Below are positions 52,265-64,000 of a DNA stretch of 64,000 nt, piece after piece (position 1 is the stretch's first letter; every line of letters starts with the position of its first letter). A program made the translations under genes and the position numbers. The stretch comes from Botryllus schlosseri (Eukaryota), in the NCBI GenBank assembly GCA_051294905.1, contig CM119372.1:5582001-5646000 (forward strand), written 5' to 3'. Under the pieces are notes generated by a model, which searched no databases, was not told the origin of the DNA, and worked only from the letters and a program-made list of their open reading frames with translations.

Positions 52265-55200
52265 GTAAGTAAATAGAACAAACTCCCTTTTCTAGTTTAT
52301 AGAAATTTGGAATGACACACACCTTGGGCATTATAAACAATCAAGGTTATTTTTGATGACTTCCGGCTTTCGAACAATTTAGGAACATTTTCACTATTTC
52401 GACTGTCACCTACAGATGTGACCGAGAATACGGCAGAGGAATTGTGTAATACTGATCCATTGGAAACGTCTACTGGTGCCACCACTGCTATTTCGACATC
52501 CGCAGGTATTATTGTTTGAATTCATTATATAGGTCACGATGACAAATATCAGGCGTAGGCTACATATAGATGTACACGATGTGTGTGCGAATTGGGTAGT
52601 ATGGATGAGGAGGGGATGGGGGTCGGAGGTTGGTGCCGTGGTAGTGAACTGCCGCCAAAGTGTACACGAAAGGGACCATATTGAATGTCAATTTTACTCA
52701 AACTCTTGAATATATATATGTTGGGTTGTTAAAATACCGAATGTGTCATGAGTTGTCATTTCTGCAGTAGTTGATTGGACATTGTTCTAATTAGAGGGGG
52801 CAGGTTTGGATACCAACGACATGACGCTTTTCGCTATGTGGCTTACCGATAACCCGTGGTATATTCCTCATGTACAGTACACGCGCGAGACTAGTGCTAG
52901 ACATAGCGATGCGATCCTTGAAAGTTCCTGGTTCGTGTGAACACTTGTTTATCTACAGGGCAGTTTTTTAGTGTGACTTGACTTGATTCGAGTCACATTG
53001 CAAAAATGACTTGACTTGTCTTGACTCGACGCTTCCGAAATGTGGATTGAATTGTGACTCGGAGCAAAAATTACGAGTCAATTTCAAATCATCAAGTAAC
53101 GGCGTCGATAAAAATGGCTGATTTGCATATATTCGGATTGTTCGCGATACGCTGGTGTGACGTGTGATATGAGCAATCACTCAATGATTGTGCGTATTAC
53201 TGAGCCTCCATTTTTCTATCACAAATAAATTGACCGCAAACGAAGTGATCCGAGCTTACAGCTTACATGTCGTAAACTAGTAGTAAAGTAATCTTATGGC
53301 AAAGTATCCATCTCTGTTCTATAGATTGTAGGCGATATCCACTTGAACCAAACCTCTTGAATGATTTAAACCGTATTTTAATACTGTATGTAAGTTTATA
53401 CTCGTCGACCATCGGCGCAAGCTTAAATTGTATCTCAAATGGGTGCAGGTGGCTAGTGCATTGCATCATATCGATTCGTTTCAACTTTCTGAGGTTTCGT
53501 ATTCTATTCTCTATTTTGGCTGATAATTATAGACTGCGGCTATACAGTTACTTTTAGGTAGTTTAGCAATTCTACGTATGCGTGTACGATAACACGCCTT
53601 TTTGCATGTTTATTTAACTGTATATTCGTCTCTTCATTCAAAATAAATGGCAACTTTCTATAACAGCTATTAAAACGCAATGACGTAATATATGCCCCGT
53701 ACTGTGACAAATCAACTTGACTTGAATTGACTCGACTTGACTCGAGTCACTTTCAAAAATCGATTGACTTGACTTGTCAAAATGTGCAATGACTCGAGAT
53801 GACTCTTGACTCGAAGGTAGTGACTCGATCCCAACACTGCTAAAGGGTACTATGGGAAAACGAATTTGAACACGAGCATTTGACTTCACATGACGTCTCA
53901 TTGCTAATTTGAAACACCCTGCATACTTTGTTATGGCATTTCTAACGGTACCAGACGATAAGCATTATGAGTAATTAGGTATATTTGCGATGAATTCAAT
54001 CGAGTTGTTCAATAGCGCAGGCCTTCAAACAATTCAGGAACTTTGTTAACTTTGCTCACAGATATAGCCGAAAAAACGACGTTGGGTTTGCATACTTCTG
54101 ATCCCTTGGAAGCGTCTACCAGTTCCGCAACTGCTATTGCAACACCCGCAGGTATTATTGTATGTATTCAATAAATTAGTCACGATGATGAAGATGATAT
54201 AAGCTTAAATATATGGTTATAGATGGTTTCTATACTTGTATGTTTACGTGTGTGTGTTTGCGTGTGCTGTGTCGGTATACCACACAATATGCGAAATGGG
54301 ACATTATTGAAGACAAATATGAAATATTCCTTGATTGAACGCCATTTTTATTCTTACCGTCGACTATATATAAGTATAAGGATGTTATAAATGTCGATGA
54401 TGATATACCGAATTTAGTTCATTTATGATGTTCGTATTTAGGTATTCTATTTTTTTGAAATAATTCCTGACCTGCCAAAACGCTATAGTTAGCGGAACCG
54501 GCGAGAGGAAAATACAAAATTAAAGCGAATAAATAAATATAATAATAAGTTCAGTTGCGAGGTAGCTCTGAAAACTCAATAATTCCAGAGGAGGAAAATT
54601 GAAATGAATTACCAAAAACAAGTTAAAAAATCGCTATAAACAATGAAAATTTAATAATTTAACTCGAAATAAATGAACAGAATTTTCAAATTTCGGAGGG
54701 AAATTTTCACAATATTTGCTTCAACAGAAAAAACAAACAGGTCGTGCGCGTGGATAAACTCAAGTCAAAAACTTCTCGCTACATCAGCGGGCAGCATCAT
54801 GGACTCATTATATAGACTAGTGAAACGATATTAAAAACTGCTGAAAGGAAATGGCTAATTGTGAGGTCCAACAAAGTCAAGTACGTCATGATATCATCCA
54901 TTGAATTTCACTGTAATTCAACCTATAACAATCCAACTAATAACAGTCGCCGTGTATTTTCAAGTAGGATTGGTTATGTAATTGCGGATTATATGCTCTA
55001 GGACAGTGATCCTCAACCTTTCTGTCTTCGCGGATCACTTTGGACTGTCATGGACCCCAACACACAATTTTAGTTCAAATCTAGCTCTATTATCGTGCAA
55101 CCGTCATCTGTCTTGTGTAATTATTATTTTAAAGCGAATTCTGTAGCTGCGTGGCCGTGTCTTGAGAATTTTTGCCGTCGATTTGATACGAACGAATGCC

Positions 55201-58200
55201 GAAAATACATTTCCACAAAGTTAGGTGATGGCGAATACACGTAACTCTTCCGACGACTCCTTTGAGTATGATCGCAACATATATGGCACCAATAAAACGC
55301 CTAGCCTAATAATTTCTATATCTATAGCAGCTCATATCGAAGGTATTCCGGAATAATGGCTATCGATATCACAGGAGAATATGGATTTCTGCCAAAAGGT
55401 TTTTCCCAATACCCGAAAAACTTCTCTAAACAGTGATATGTTTGAATAAGTAGGCTATTGGCAATTTAGGAAAAAAAATTCGCTCGGAAGAATATTTCAT
55501 CTCCGACGACCAGTCTGTTTATGACCAAGTTTCAGCAGTTATGAAGCGAAAGTGCTTCGTGACTTCTCTAATTTAAAATAAAATACGTATTAGTTTACCA
55601 ACCATTTTGCAAATTTGAAGGTTTCGTGGCCCCCCTGAAAATGCTTCGCGGACCCCGGCTGAGACGACTGCTCTAGGAAAACTCTAGAACAGTCGTAAGT
55701 TCTTAACCAGGGCACGCCTCTCAGAATTCGAGGAGCACCAGAGATTCATTTACTTCCTGGTTTTACCATTGTTAATAAAGTAGCACATCATCATCATTGC
55801 ATAATGGTTAGGAACACAGTTGTGATATCACCTTACTAATTGGCATCGTCACTAGCTGACGCAACCACCGCAAGTTACTTACACGGAGAATTATCAAACG
55901 GCTGTTCTTTGTTCAATTATTGGTTTGAAATACAACATTGACCGACATTGCGTATATGATCTTAATTACTTGGCAATTGGTTAGTCAGAAAGTTCGGCAT
56001 CGATTTTAGAATATCATTTGCGGTACAGCCTATATAGGGCTATCTTACAATATCGGACGATGTTTTAAAATAAGAATATATTGGAAAGACATTAATTTGT
56101 GACTATCATCATTTGCGCATTATCGGTATGTGCGACACAGATATCAGTACGGCAATCAACGGCAACAGCAGATATAAGTACGACGTTCAATACACCAATC
56201 AACGGCACTTTTGCCTTTTTTTGAAGTTCCTATTGACTGTGGAAAACGTTGTATGATTGGTTTACGTTAACTGTATATGTCATTTTCATTCAGCAAGCCT
56301 GTCACCACTCTATAACGAAGTCTTTTACTGTAGCACATTTACGCAAGGATTTATAGCAAATTTACTTGTAACAAGGTTCTGATAGTTTATATAGTTTATT
56401 TTATATATAATACTTTATGTATGGTAATTCATACTTTTCATATCGAAATGAATGTCCGGCTCAGTGTCTAACAAAATGTGTGCCTTGAATCATGGCATTT
56501 TTATCGTTTTGGAATATTGCTAAACATAGTCCAGTTGTTGTGCATCGCTGCCATGCCATGCGCTTCGAGGTGCGTCTGAAATCAATTCCATATAACTGAG
56601 AAGGACACGTTGGCTTTTAAATTTTTAATATATTAACGAAACGTAACTCGTGGTTGCATTTTATTTATCGTAGGTCAGCAAAGCGTTTTGAAATATCTTG
56701 CTAAACAAGAAATAATCTTCCGAAATATAATTTTTCTTTTGCAAATATATGCATTTTATTTCATGGAAAGCTGATAGTAAGTTGCTTTTGTTCACAATGA
56801 AGCCTACTGCAGATTCTAACCATCCGTAAATACATACATAGAGGATATGAATGTGGAATCGCAACCAACGTTGTTGACTGGATAATATCTACATTTGATC
56901 ATCTGTACCATGAGGCCCTCCGCCAGCAACACTGTATTTGCTATCGTAACAATCCTATCACGACATGTCCTTGCTCAAGGTTAGCAATATATATATAGCC
57001 TACAATAAACATGAGACGGATCGATGGAGTACCAATCCGAAATATAAGAATCCAAATATAATTGCAGTCTTCTAGAACGCTAGCTGGCTCATTTGTAATC
57101 ACAATGAACACATAATGGTACTGCTCCTTTGTTGTAGATTTGGTCGGCGCGAGATCTGGAGTACTTACATTTGAGATCAAGAATTGAGCTTGTAGAAAAG
57201 TCAATAACCGCGGCTATAGTCTGTTGCTCATCTACAGGGCGCGTTCAGACACGCAATTCGTACCTTCTGACACTCTCATCTTCATCGAACTACAGATAAG
57301 ATATTCGTCATCGAATCCAATGTATATATAATAGGCTTGTTCAAAAATAACTCATTTTTCCGGTTTCCGGGGATTCACTGACCAAATTTGGCTCGATCCC
57401 AACTGGTAGATGAGAATATACAGGAGTTTACATATTTTGAAGTTATTATAAAATATAATAAAGATTTTTTTATAATGACTTCAAAACCCCATGATGCTGG
57501 TAAGTTGTCTAAAAGAACGATGCTTACCAATTTTTGCTCACTTCCAACCGGTAGAGCCTAAGTTATTGCATTTGACAATTTTGAATTTGCAAAAATATCC
57601 TGGACGGTGGGCAATCGCAGAATTTTGAATGAAAAACTCAAATAAAGTCGCTTCCACGGGTTGGAATTGCGTCAAATCTGTTTTGCACCGTTATTTAGAC
57701 AACTCGACAATTTCTTGGCGTTAACAGTGAAATTTGAAAAGAAAATTCAAAATCGGTCAAAATGAAATAAAAAGTTATAAACTCCTGTGCGTTCAAATTT
57801 ACCGGCACTATGGCTATTACTCCAAAATTAAAAAAAAGATGCAACTGCTCCTTCGGGTGTAAGCATTACCGGTTATTTGCGACAGAAAAGGAGAGGCTAA
57901 GGCCAATGTTCCCTCTAATTTTTCAGGAGTCTGCGCAAACACGCCAACTCACTGCGCAGGCCCTCGGACAACAGTGCGCAACCACCCCCCAATAGGGTGA
58001 TAAACCCAACTACTGGGGGGCTTCGCCCCCCAGACCCCCCACACGGCTCTAGGCTTCTTCCGGTACCTATCATGTGCATTGGGTGCCGATCTAGTAGTAG
58101 CGTCCCTAAACGCGCGAAGCGCAAAAAAAATTCTATAATTTATTATTGCATCGGCCAACATAACCGGGAATTGCATATATGTTGCTATCAATTTTTATCC

Positions 58201-61200
58201 TCTCCCTGCTCACATAATCAGATTTACCGGTAGAGCTGATCCAGTGAGGTGTGTTGGAATAGATAGGCCCTCTAAATAATAATAAAACATCTTCGGACGT
58301 ACCCGTTGATATAATGACTTCGTTACATGATGCTATTTCGTGACCCCCTATCTGCTATGTCAAAAGATATTTAAATCGCCATAACTTACTAAAGTAAAAT
58401 ACGTACACGATTTCAACTTGGTATTTCTTAACTGGAAAATAATGTTCCCTCGATATGGCATTTGTCTTGTTGTGGGACTCGGATCGCCAGGACGGGAACA
58501 TTCGGCGCCAGCCATTTAGGCGCCCATGGACATGGACATGGACATGGACAATTACACAAATATTTGTATATATTGAAGTTTTCGGTCAGCACCGAAGCAG
58601 TCTTTTTCGCCCAACGTTTTCTCGCTGCTGATCGTTCTGGCGCACTTCTTGGATTCGCATGTTACACAGCCTTTAATTTCATATGTCTTGGCGCGTCATG
58701 GTGCGGTAATGGCCGACGCCCAACTGCCCATTTCTGTATATCATGCCTAATTTTTTGGGGAAAGGTTACCCAATAATCAGATATCTGACAATAATAAAAC
58801 GCGCTTAGCGCGAAAAAAAAAATCCTGAAAAATTTCAAAAAATACATCATGATTTATGTTAATTCTCGAAATAATCCAATCGGAGGGTTTGCGGTGCGAA
58901 AGTTACGGTCCTGAGTAAATCTTACGCAATGTTCATGCCACGCGAAGAAGACTATCATTTGTTAATTTCTCGCAGATTACCTTCGAGCTAGCCTATTGTT
59001 GTTTAAAACTTTGTTAAACCATGTTATTTCGCCATTCCCAGAAAATAATGCGCTATAGAAATGATATCAGTATCGTTCACGTGTACCAGGCCATACTAAA
59101 ATAATATCTTCCGTGAGGAGCGGGTGATTATGAACTGTAATTTCTTCACGGAGCGCAATAGTTACCTTCGCAGGGCGCACTTGTACCTCGGTTTCAGACT
59201 TCAGTGATAACACTATTTGGCCCTGGCAATGTTCCATCTTAATACTCACGAATCTGCGCGCCTGCGTGGTCCATTGGACAACAGTGCGCAACAACTTAAA
59301 AAAAAAACATCATTTCGGATTTTTTTGTGCGCATCGTAGATTTTCTGTGCGCAGAGACCGTTTCAGCACTGCGCATTTGCGCACGTGCGCAGCTTAGAGG
59401 GAACATTGGCTAAGGCCCTAACTACATCTTTATACCCCTGACGACGTAAGATGCTATGGTAGAGTTGCTTTGGAATGAGTCAATATCCATTTTACTATAT
59501 TCATTCCCTCTGCTGATATTATCTTTTCACGAATTTATATATGTTTTGTTTTATATTTCTACATATAAATATATCTGTTTGCAACGAACAACACTTTCAT
59601 ATTCAAATTCTGTACCACATGGAACCTATATATCTTTTTGTTGAATATCTACTACGTCATACATCTATACTACAACTCCTTCACTTAATTACATCTTACC
59701 TTTTATCCACTACTTTTCCAGATTTTATGTTACATTATATCTACCCAAAATACCAATCTTTGGATTTTTGTCGGTAGGGTTAAGCCCACCTATGACAGCT
59801 TACGGAGGAAGATCCGTTGGCTAAAACACCAAATGTCTTGTTTATCGCTATATCTTAACGACATATCTACAATTAAAACTCCAACAAGAACTTTGGTGGA
59901 TCCATCGCGCTGTCTCTATACTGCGCCCTTACGGGCGCAGCTCATAGTTTTTGTGGCTATGCTGCCTTCGGCAGCTTATCACTGAGCCAAATTGGATGCA
60001 CAGCGTTTAATTAATCAAGTTAACAATTTAATCAGTAAATCTCTGAAATCTAGAAAAAAAGTTATTTTTTGACAACACTAATCTTCTTTAACATATACAT
60101 AATAGTAGGCTACATTATATTATGTTAAAGATATAGGGGTTTTATTCTAGCAATAACACATTTACTCGCAAACAATAGATTTGGCGACAATACCATGATT
60201 GGTCAATTGCATTCAGTTTGTTAGAAATGTGCTGGATAATCCAAGCGTTTTTCCATTTACTTGGACTTACTTTACGGGCCGGATGAAGCCTTCTGACGGA
60301 CCGGACGCTGCCTGCGAGTCGTATATTTGACACCCCTGATCTAATATTTATAATTACTACGCTAGAGTTAGGACACTACCTACTGCTAAATGTTTCAGTG
60401 GTGATGTAATGCATTTCTTTGTTCGATGGAGTTCTGTGCTATAAATCAACGCAATGTATGCTTGGAATTAACGCGTTTGGTATAACTTATTACCTTGAAT
60501 ACATTTGCAGTCGTTCGATATAAACAGATCAGAACTACAGCTAAAAAATGACAACGCGTTCCCGATTGCAGGTAGGGTTGCATTTAAAATAAAGATCAAT
60601 TTAAACAAACCTGTTCAAAACATGGCCCTTGCTTAAAACATGTTTTTTCTAGCCATGACGTCACCAATCTTTAAATGTGACGTCATATTGAATTGGTATT
60701 GAAAATTAAAAATACAGGATGAATATGGCTTCTTCGACGAAAATGACTTCCGACCACAATCATAAACAGACCAAAAATATCCTTAACCAGGACTATCGTT
60801 ATGCAGCATTTTTATGGTCATCATCAGAACATCCATTCCTTACTAATTATTATATATAACTACTTGCTATAACTGTCGAACCAACGACGATTTCGAGGGT
60901 TCCAGCCCCTCCATATCGTATACGTCGACTATATTGGGTGCAAATCGTCCATAGGCTCATACTGCATGTTTTCAAAAAGGATTTGCACAATATGGCAACA
61001 CAATAATTTCATATGCACAATAACTATAGAACGTCTGAAGAGAAAACACCTTTTTTTTAAAAAGGCATTTGTTTAAAACATTGTTTAATCAGACATGTTT
61101 TAAAAACAAATTGTTTTAAAACACCGTTTGTTTTAAATGTAACCCTAATTACAGGGGATCTTTCGTTCAACGGGGATGATGGTAATGGATGTAAAACCAT

Positions 61201-63630
61201 TCCTCTCGGCACTGGCGGCACGGTGGGTTGTCAGTCATCATCAAACCAAGTTTTAACCTGGTGGCTTGACGGAACGCAGGTGTCTGAGTATAATACAGCA
61301 GAACCTATTAGACAAATAAACGGACAATTATACATTTACGGCTACGCGACTGTGGAAGATTCTGGCGATTACTACTGCAAGTCCCAAAATGAGGAGAAAT
61401 TATTGAAAGTCTGGATTGTAGGTAAGTGAAGAACGTTCGGTCTGGTTTTGCTGAGGCAACCAACTCGACGGGGAATTGTATGGTATATTTCCTAATTTTT
61501 ATTTATTTTGCCAAATTTCACTGTTTTTTGTGTAAGTTTCATGATGACGAACATATATTACAATCATTGCGCTAGCGCGAACCTGATAAGAACTAAAGTT
61601 GCGCTTCACTGACCAAACCAACTCACTTTTATTGTCGTCATGAGATTTCGAACATTAGAAGCAATTGTGTATATTTAAGATGAATTCGAATGATTGAAGA
61701 ACAATTTCATCATATTCATTTTCGTTTGCAGATATGTCTGATAGCACCACAGTTGATTTGTGTGTTACTGATCCTTCGACACCCACACGTCCCACAGGTA
61801 TTATTGCATATTAAGGCAGTCGCGGTGATATGGTGATATGGTGAATCACGACAAAATTCAAGTGAAAAGTGTGTAAATCAGGAGTCGAACGAAAGTAATA
61901 ACCTTTTTTTAGACAACTCCTCTAATTTCCAAGCAAAAATATCAAATTCCGTTGTCTTGATCAGCTGACTTTTCTGAATTAGTTAAAGTGTCCCCCTTTC
62001 CCGATTACAAAATATGGTTACCTTGCAACAACTGACGATAACTTTCATACATTTCGCAGACGACAGCGTCACTTCTGGGACTTCAGAAGAATCAGATATA
62101 GGTATGATCAAAACCAGCTATCATGTGCTACATCGAAAAGGTGCAACATGCGTAATTTTGTAGGCAATGAACAGGACAATGAATTTTTATGTATTCATCA
62201 GTGTTGGGATGACTCGAGTCATGACTTGACTCGAGTCACACTCGAGTCACCTTTTTCGTATGACTTGACTTGACTCGAGTCACTTTGTCAAAATGACTTG
62301 ACTTGACTTGACTCGGCGTATCAGAAATGTGGATTGACTCGTGACTCGAAGCAAAAATCACGAGTCAATTTCACGTCATTAAGCACTCGATGTCGATAAA
62401 AATCACTGTATCTTGCAATCGGATTGTTCGCAAAACGCTAGTGTAACCCGTGAGATCGACCAATCATTCAATGATCGTGCGTTTTACTGAGCCTCCATTG
62501 TTCTCTCACAAATAAATTGACCGCTTACGAAGTGATCGAAGCTTACAGCTTACGCTATCGTAAACTAGTATTGTAATGTATTTTAATAGAAAAATGTCTA
62601 TTACTGTTCTCTGTACCTGAACCAAACCTCTTTCTTGAAATTAAATTCGAAGATAGTTTATATAGTCCTCGACCATTGGCGCAGGCTCGAATTGTATCAT
62701 ATTCATTTGTAAATGTGTCATGTATTGCATCTTATCAATTCGTTTCTCTATTCTCTATATTGGCTGGTAATTATATACTGAGGCTTTGCCGTTATACTTG
62801 CGTAGTTCAGCATTTCTACGTATATGTAAGCGATACAAGCGCCGTCTTACGTGTATATTTACCTTCATATTCGTTCATCGGTTCAAAATCAATGACCAGT
62901 TAATCTGTATTTCAGACAGCTAGCAAAATGCAATGGCGTAGGCATTCGGAAAATGCAACTTGACTTGAAATGTGACTTGACTCGTGACTTGACTTGACTT
63001 GACTCGACTTGACTCGAGTCACCTTCGAAAATCGATTGACTTGACTTGACTCGAGTCAAAATGTGCAATGACTCGAAATGACTCGTAACTCGAAGGTAGT
63101 GACTTGATCCCAACACTGGTATTCATCGCTAGCTTCACGTAGAAATAATACCTTCTGAAATTGATTTTGTGACGACGATGAAACACAAAACTGTAGTCTC
63201 CAACAACTGACTATAACTTTCATATATTTCGCAAACGAAAACGACACATCTGGAACTTCTGGAGAAACAAATATAGGTATGATAGAAACCGGATATCACA
63301 TGTTACATCGAAAAGGTGCAACATAGAATAATGAGTGGCGCATCGAGTAAAAAACACGTAGCATCCTATAATGAACAACATTCCTATCAATCGAGAAATT
63401 CGAATCATATGTAGTTCGTCGTCATTCAATTGACATACATTCCAATTGTATTTTCAGTTGTAATCATAGTTCCGGTGATATTGGTCGCGCTTCTGGTGGC
63501 ATTGCTGGTTTTCTTATATTTCCGGTAATGTATAAATGTCCTGTCGCTAAGTTACGACATGTGTGACGACACTTTCATTTTACAGACGCCGCTCTCTCGG
63601 TGAAGAAGTAACAAGTAGTGCGGGTGAAAA
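51986..63630 (+). CDS. Receptor copy B (partial, spliced): Ig - stalk - stalk - Ig - stalk - stalk - TM - start of tail
   Basis: Phase-1 exons: 51986-52264 (Ig1), 52416-52505 (NVTENTAEELCNTDPLETSTGATTAISTSA), 54062-54151 (DIAEKTTLGLHTSDPLEASTSSATAIATPA), 61155-61421 (Ig2), 61732-61797 (DMSDSTTVDLCVTDPSTPTRPT), 62060-62101 (DDSVTSGTSEESDI). Then 63458-63524 (TM VVIIVPVILVALLVALLVFLYFR) and 63586-63630 (RRSLGEEVTSSAGE). The tail should continue beyond 64000 because intron 63631-64000 matches 26563-26940. No confident start exon was found. It could be two gene units rather than one. Confidence 0.75.
52961..53839 (-). mobile_element. hAT-like MITE, GAGTCAAGTC family, one end degraded
   Basis: Reverse-complement copy; TSD CTACAGGG/CTAAAGGG (7/8). 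Confidence 0.8.
55004..55670. mobile_element. hAT (Charlie-type) MITE
   Basis: CAGTGATCCTCAAC...GCTGAGACGACTG, TSD CTCTAGGA. Confidence 0.8.
57332..60080. mobile_element. TIR element hosting a nested hAT
   Basis: TAGGCTTGTTCAAAAATAAC...GTTATTTTTTGACAACACTA imperfect TIRs; a related start lies at about 11728. No TSD was seen. Confidence 0.5.
57904..59408. mobile_element. hAT-like element
   Basis: TIR CAATGTTCCCTCTAA...TTAGAGGGAACATTG, TSD GCTAAGGC. Confidence 0.9.
60573..61147 (-). mobile_element. hAT-like MITE, TAGGGTTGCATTT family, inserted at the Ig2 splice acceptor
   Basis: TAGGGTTGCATTTAAAA...TTTTAAATGTAACCCTA, TSD ATTGCAGG/ATTACAGG (7/8). Opposite orientation to 51101-51950. Confidence 0.9.
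61155..61421 (+). CDS. Immunoglobulin-domain exon Ig2
   Basis: cag|...|gtaagt, 267 nt, phase 1/1. GDLSFNGDDGNGCKTIPLGTGGTVGCQSSSNQVLTWWLDG...ATVEDSGDYYCKSQNEEKLLKVWIV; paralogous to Ig1. Confidence 0.9.
62199..63118 (-). mobile_element. hAT-like MITE, GAGTCAAGTC family
   Basis: TIR CAGTGTTGGGAT...ATCCCAACACTG, TSD GTATTCAT. Confidence 0.9.
63235..63276 (+). pseudogene. Duplicated 42-nt stalk exon with a dead acceptor (pseudo-exon)
   Basis: Copy of exons 62060-62101 and 25070-25111 (DENDTSGTSGETNI, donor gtatga intact). The upstream sequence is tttcgcaa instead of tttcgcag. Confidence 0.7.
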
Positions 63631-64000
63631 GTAAAAACGAATTCTTGAGTTCTGGTTTCAGTATAATTGATAATAGTCATTCTTAGATGAGGCCGAAGCA
63701 ATCACCACTATTACAGAAAAAAATTAAAATGAAATTTGGCGGAATGATACCATTATATAATTGCTTAGTTCATGGACATCTGTTATGATCGATCGGACTT
63801 CTTCATTGTTAAATATAGTGGTTTAGCATTTTCTGTCACAGAAATGATAGATTTAATTGAGCATAGCAACGCTATCGACTACAAGTTGTGGAATGTTAGC
63901 CATTCGCACATATAAATTCAAATATCTTTCAACGACAGACCCACAGTGTCGCCATTGTCCTTGGGTAGCATATAACAACAAGGAACGCACGGATTTGTCT

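Overview
AT-rich, repeat-dense eukaryotic (invertebrate animal) genomic DNA. The 59-68 nt introns and the repeat families are compatible with a tunicate-like or similar genome, but the species cannot be determined from sequence alone. The ORF track is mostly noise because the real genes are spliced. The window holds tandem paralogues of a type-I transmembrane immunoglobulin-superfamily receptor on the + strand. Copy A (21968-27934, 5' part outside the window) has stalk exons, a TM exon and a complete cytoplasmic tail with an ITIM (VLYDTV) and several YxxI/L motifs in ITAM-like or hemITAM-like contexts. Copy B (51986-63630, running off the right edge) has two Ig exons, stalk exons, TM and the first tail exon. 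Positions 651-21194, probably an intron of copy A, are a Russian-doll nest of three CCCAGCAAACAC-ended DNA transposons, each with its own matching 2-bp TSD, plus further nested MITEs. The rest is many hAT-type non-autonomous elements with 8-bp TSDs, tRNA-like SINEs and a LINE 3' fragment. One hAT insertion duplicated the splice acceptor of an Ig exon and created an AG|GT recursive-splice-like site. All coordinates and translations were read by hand.
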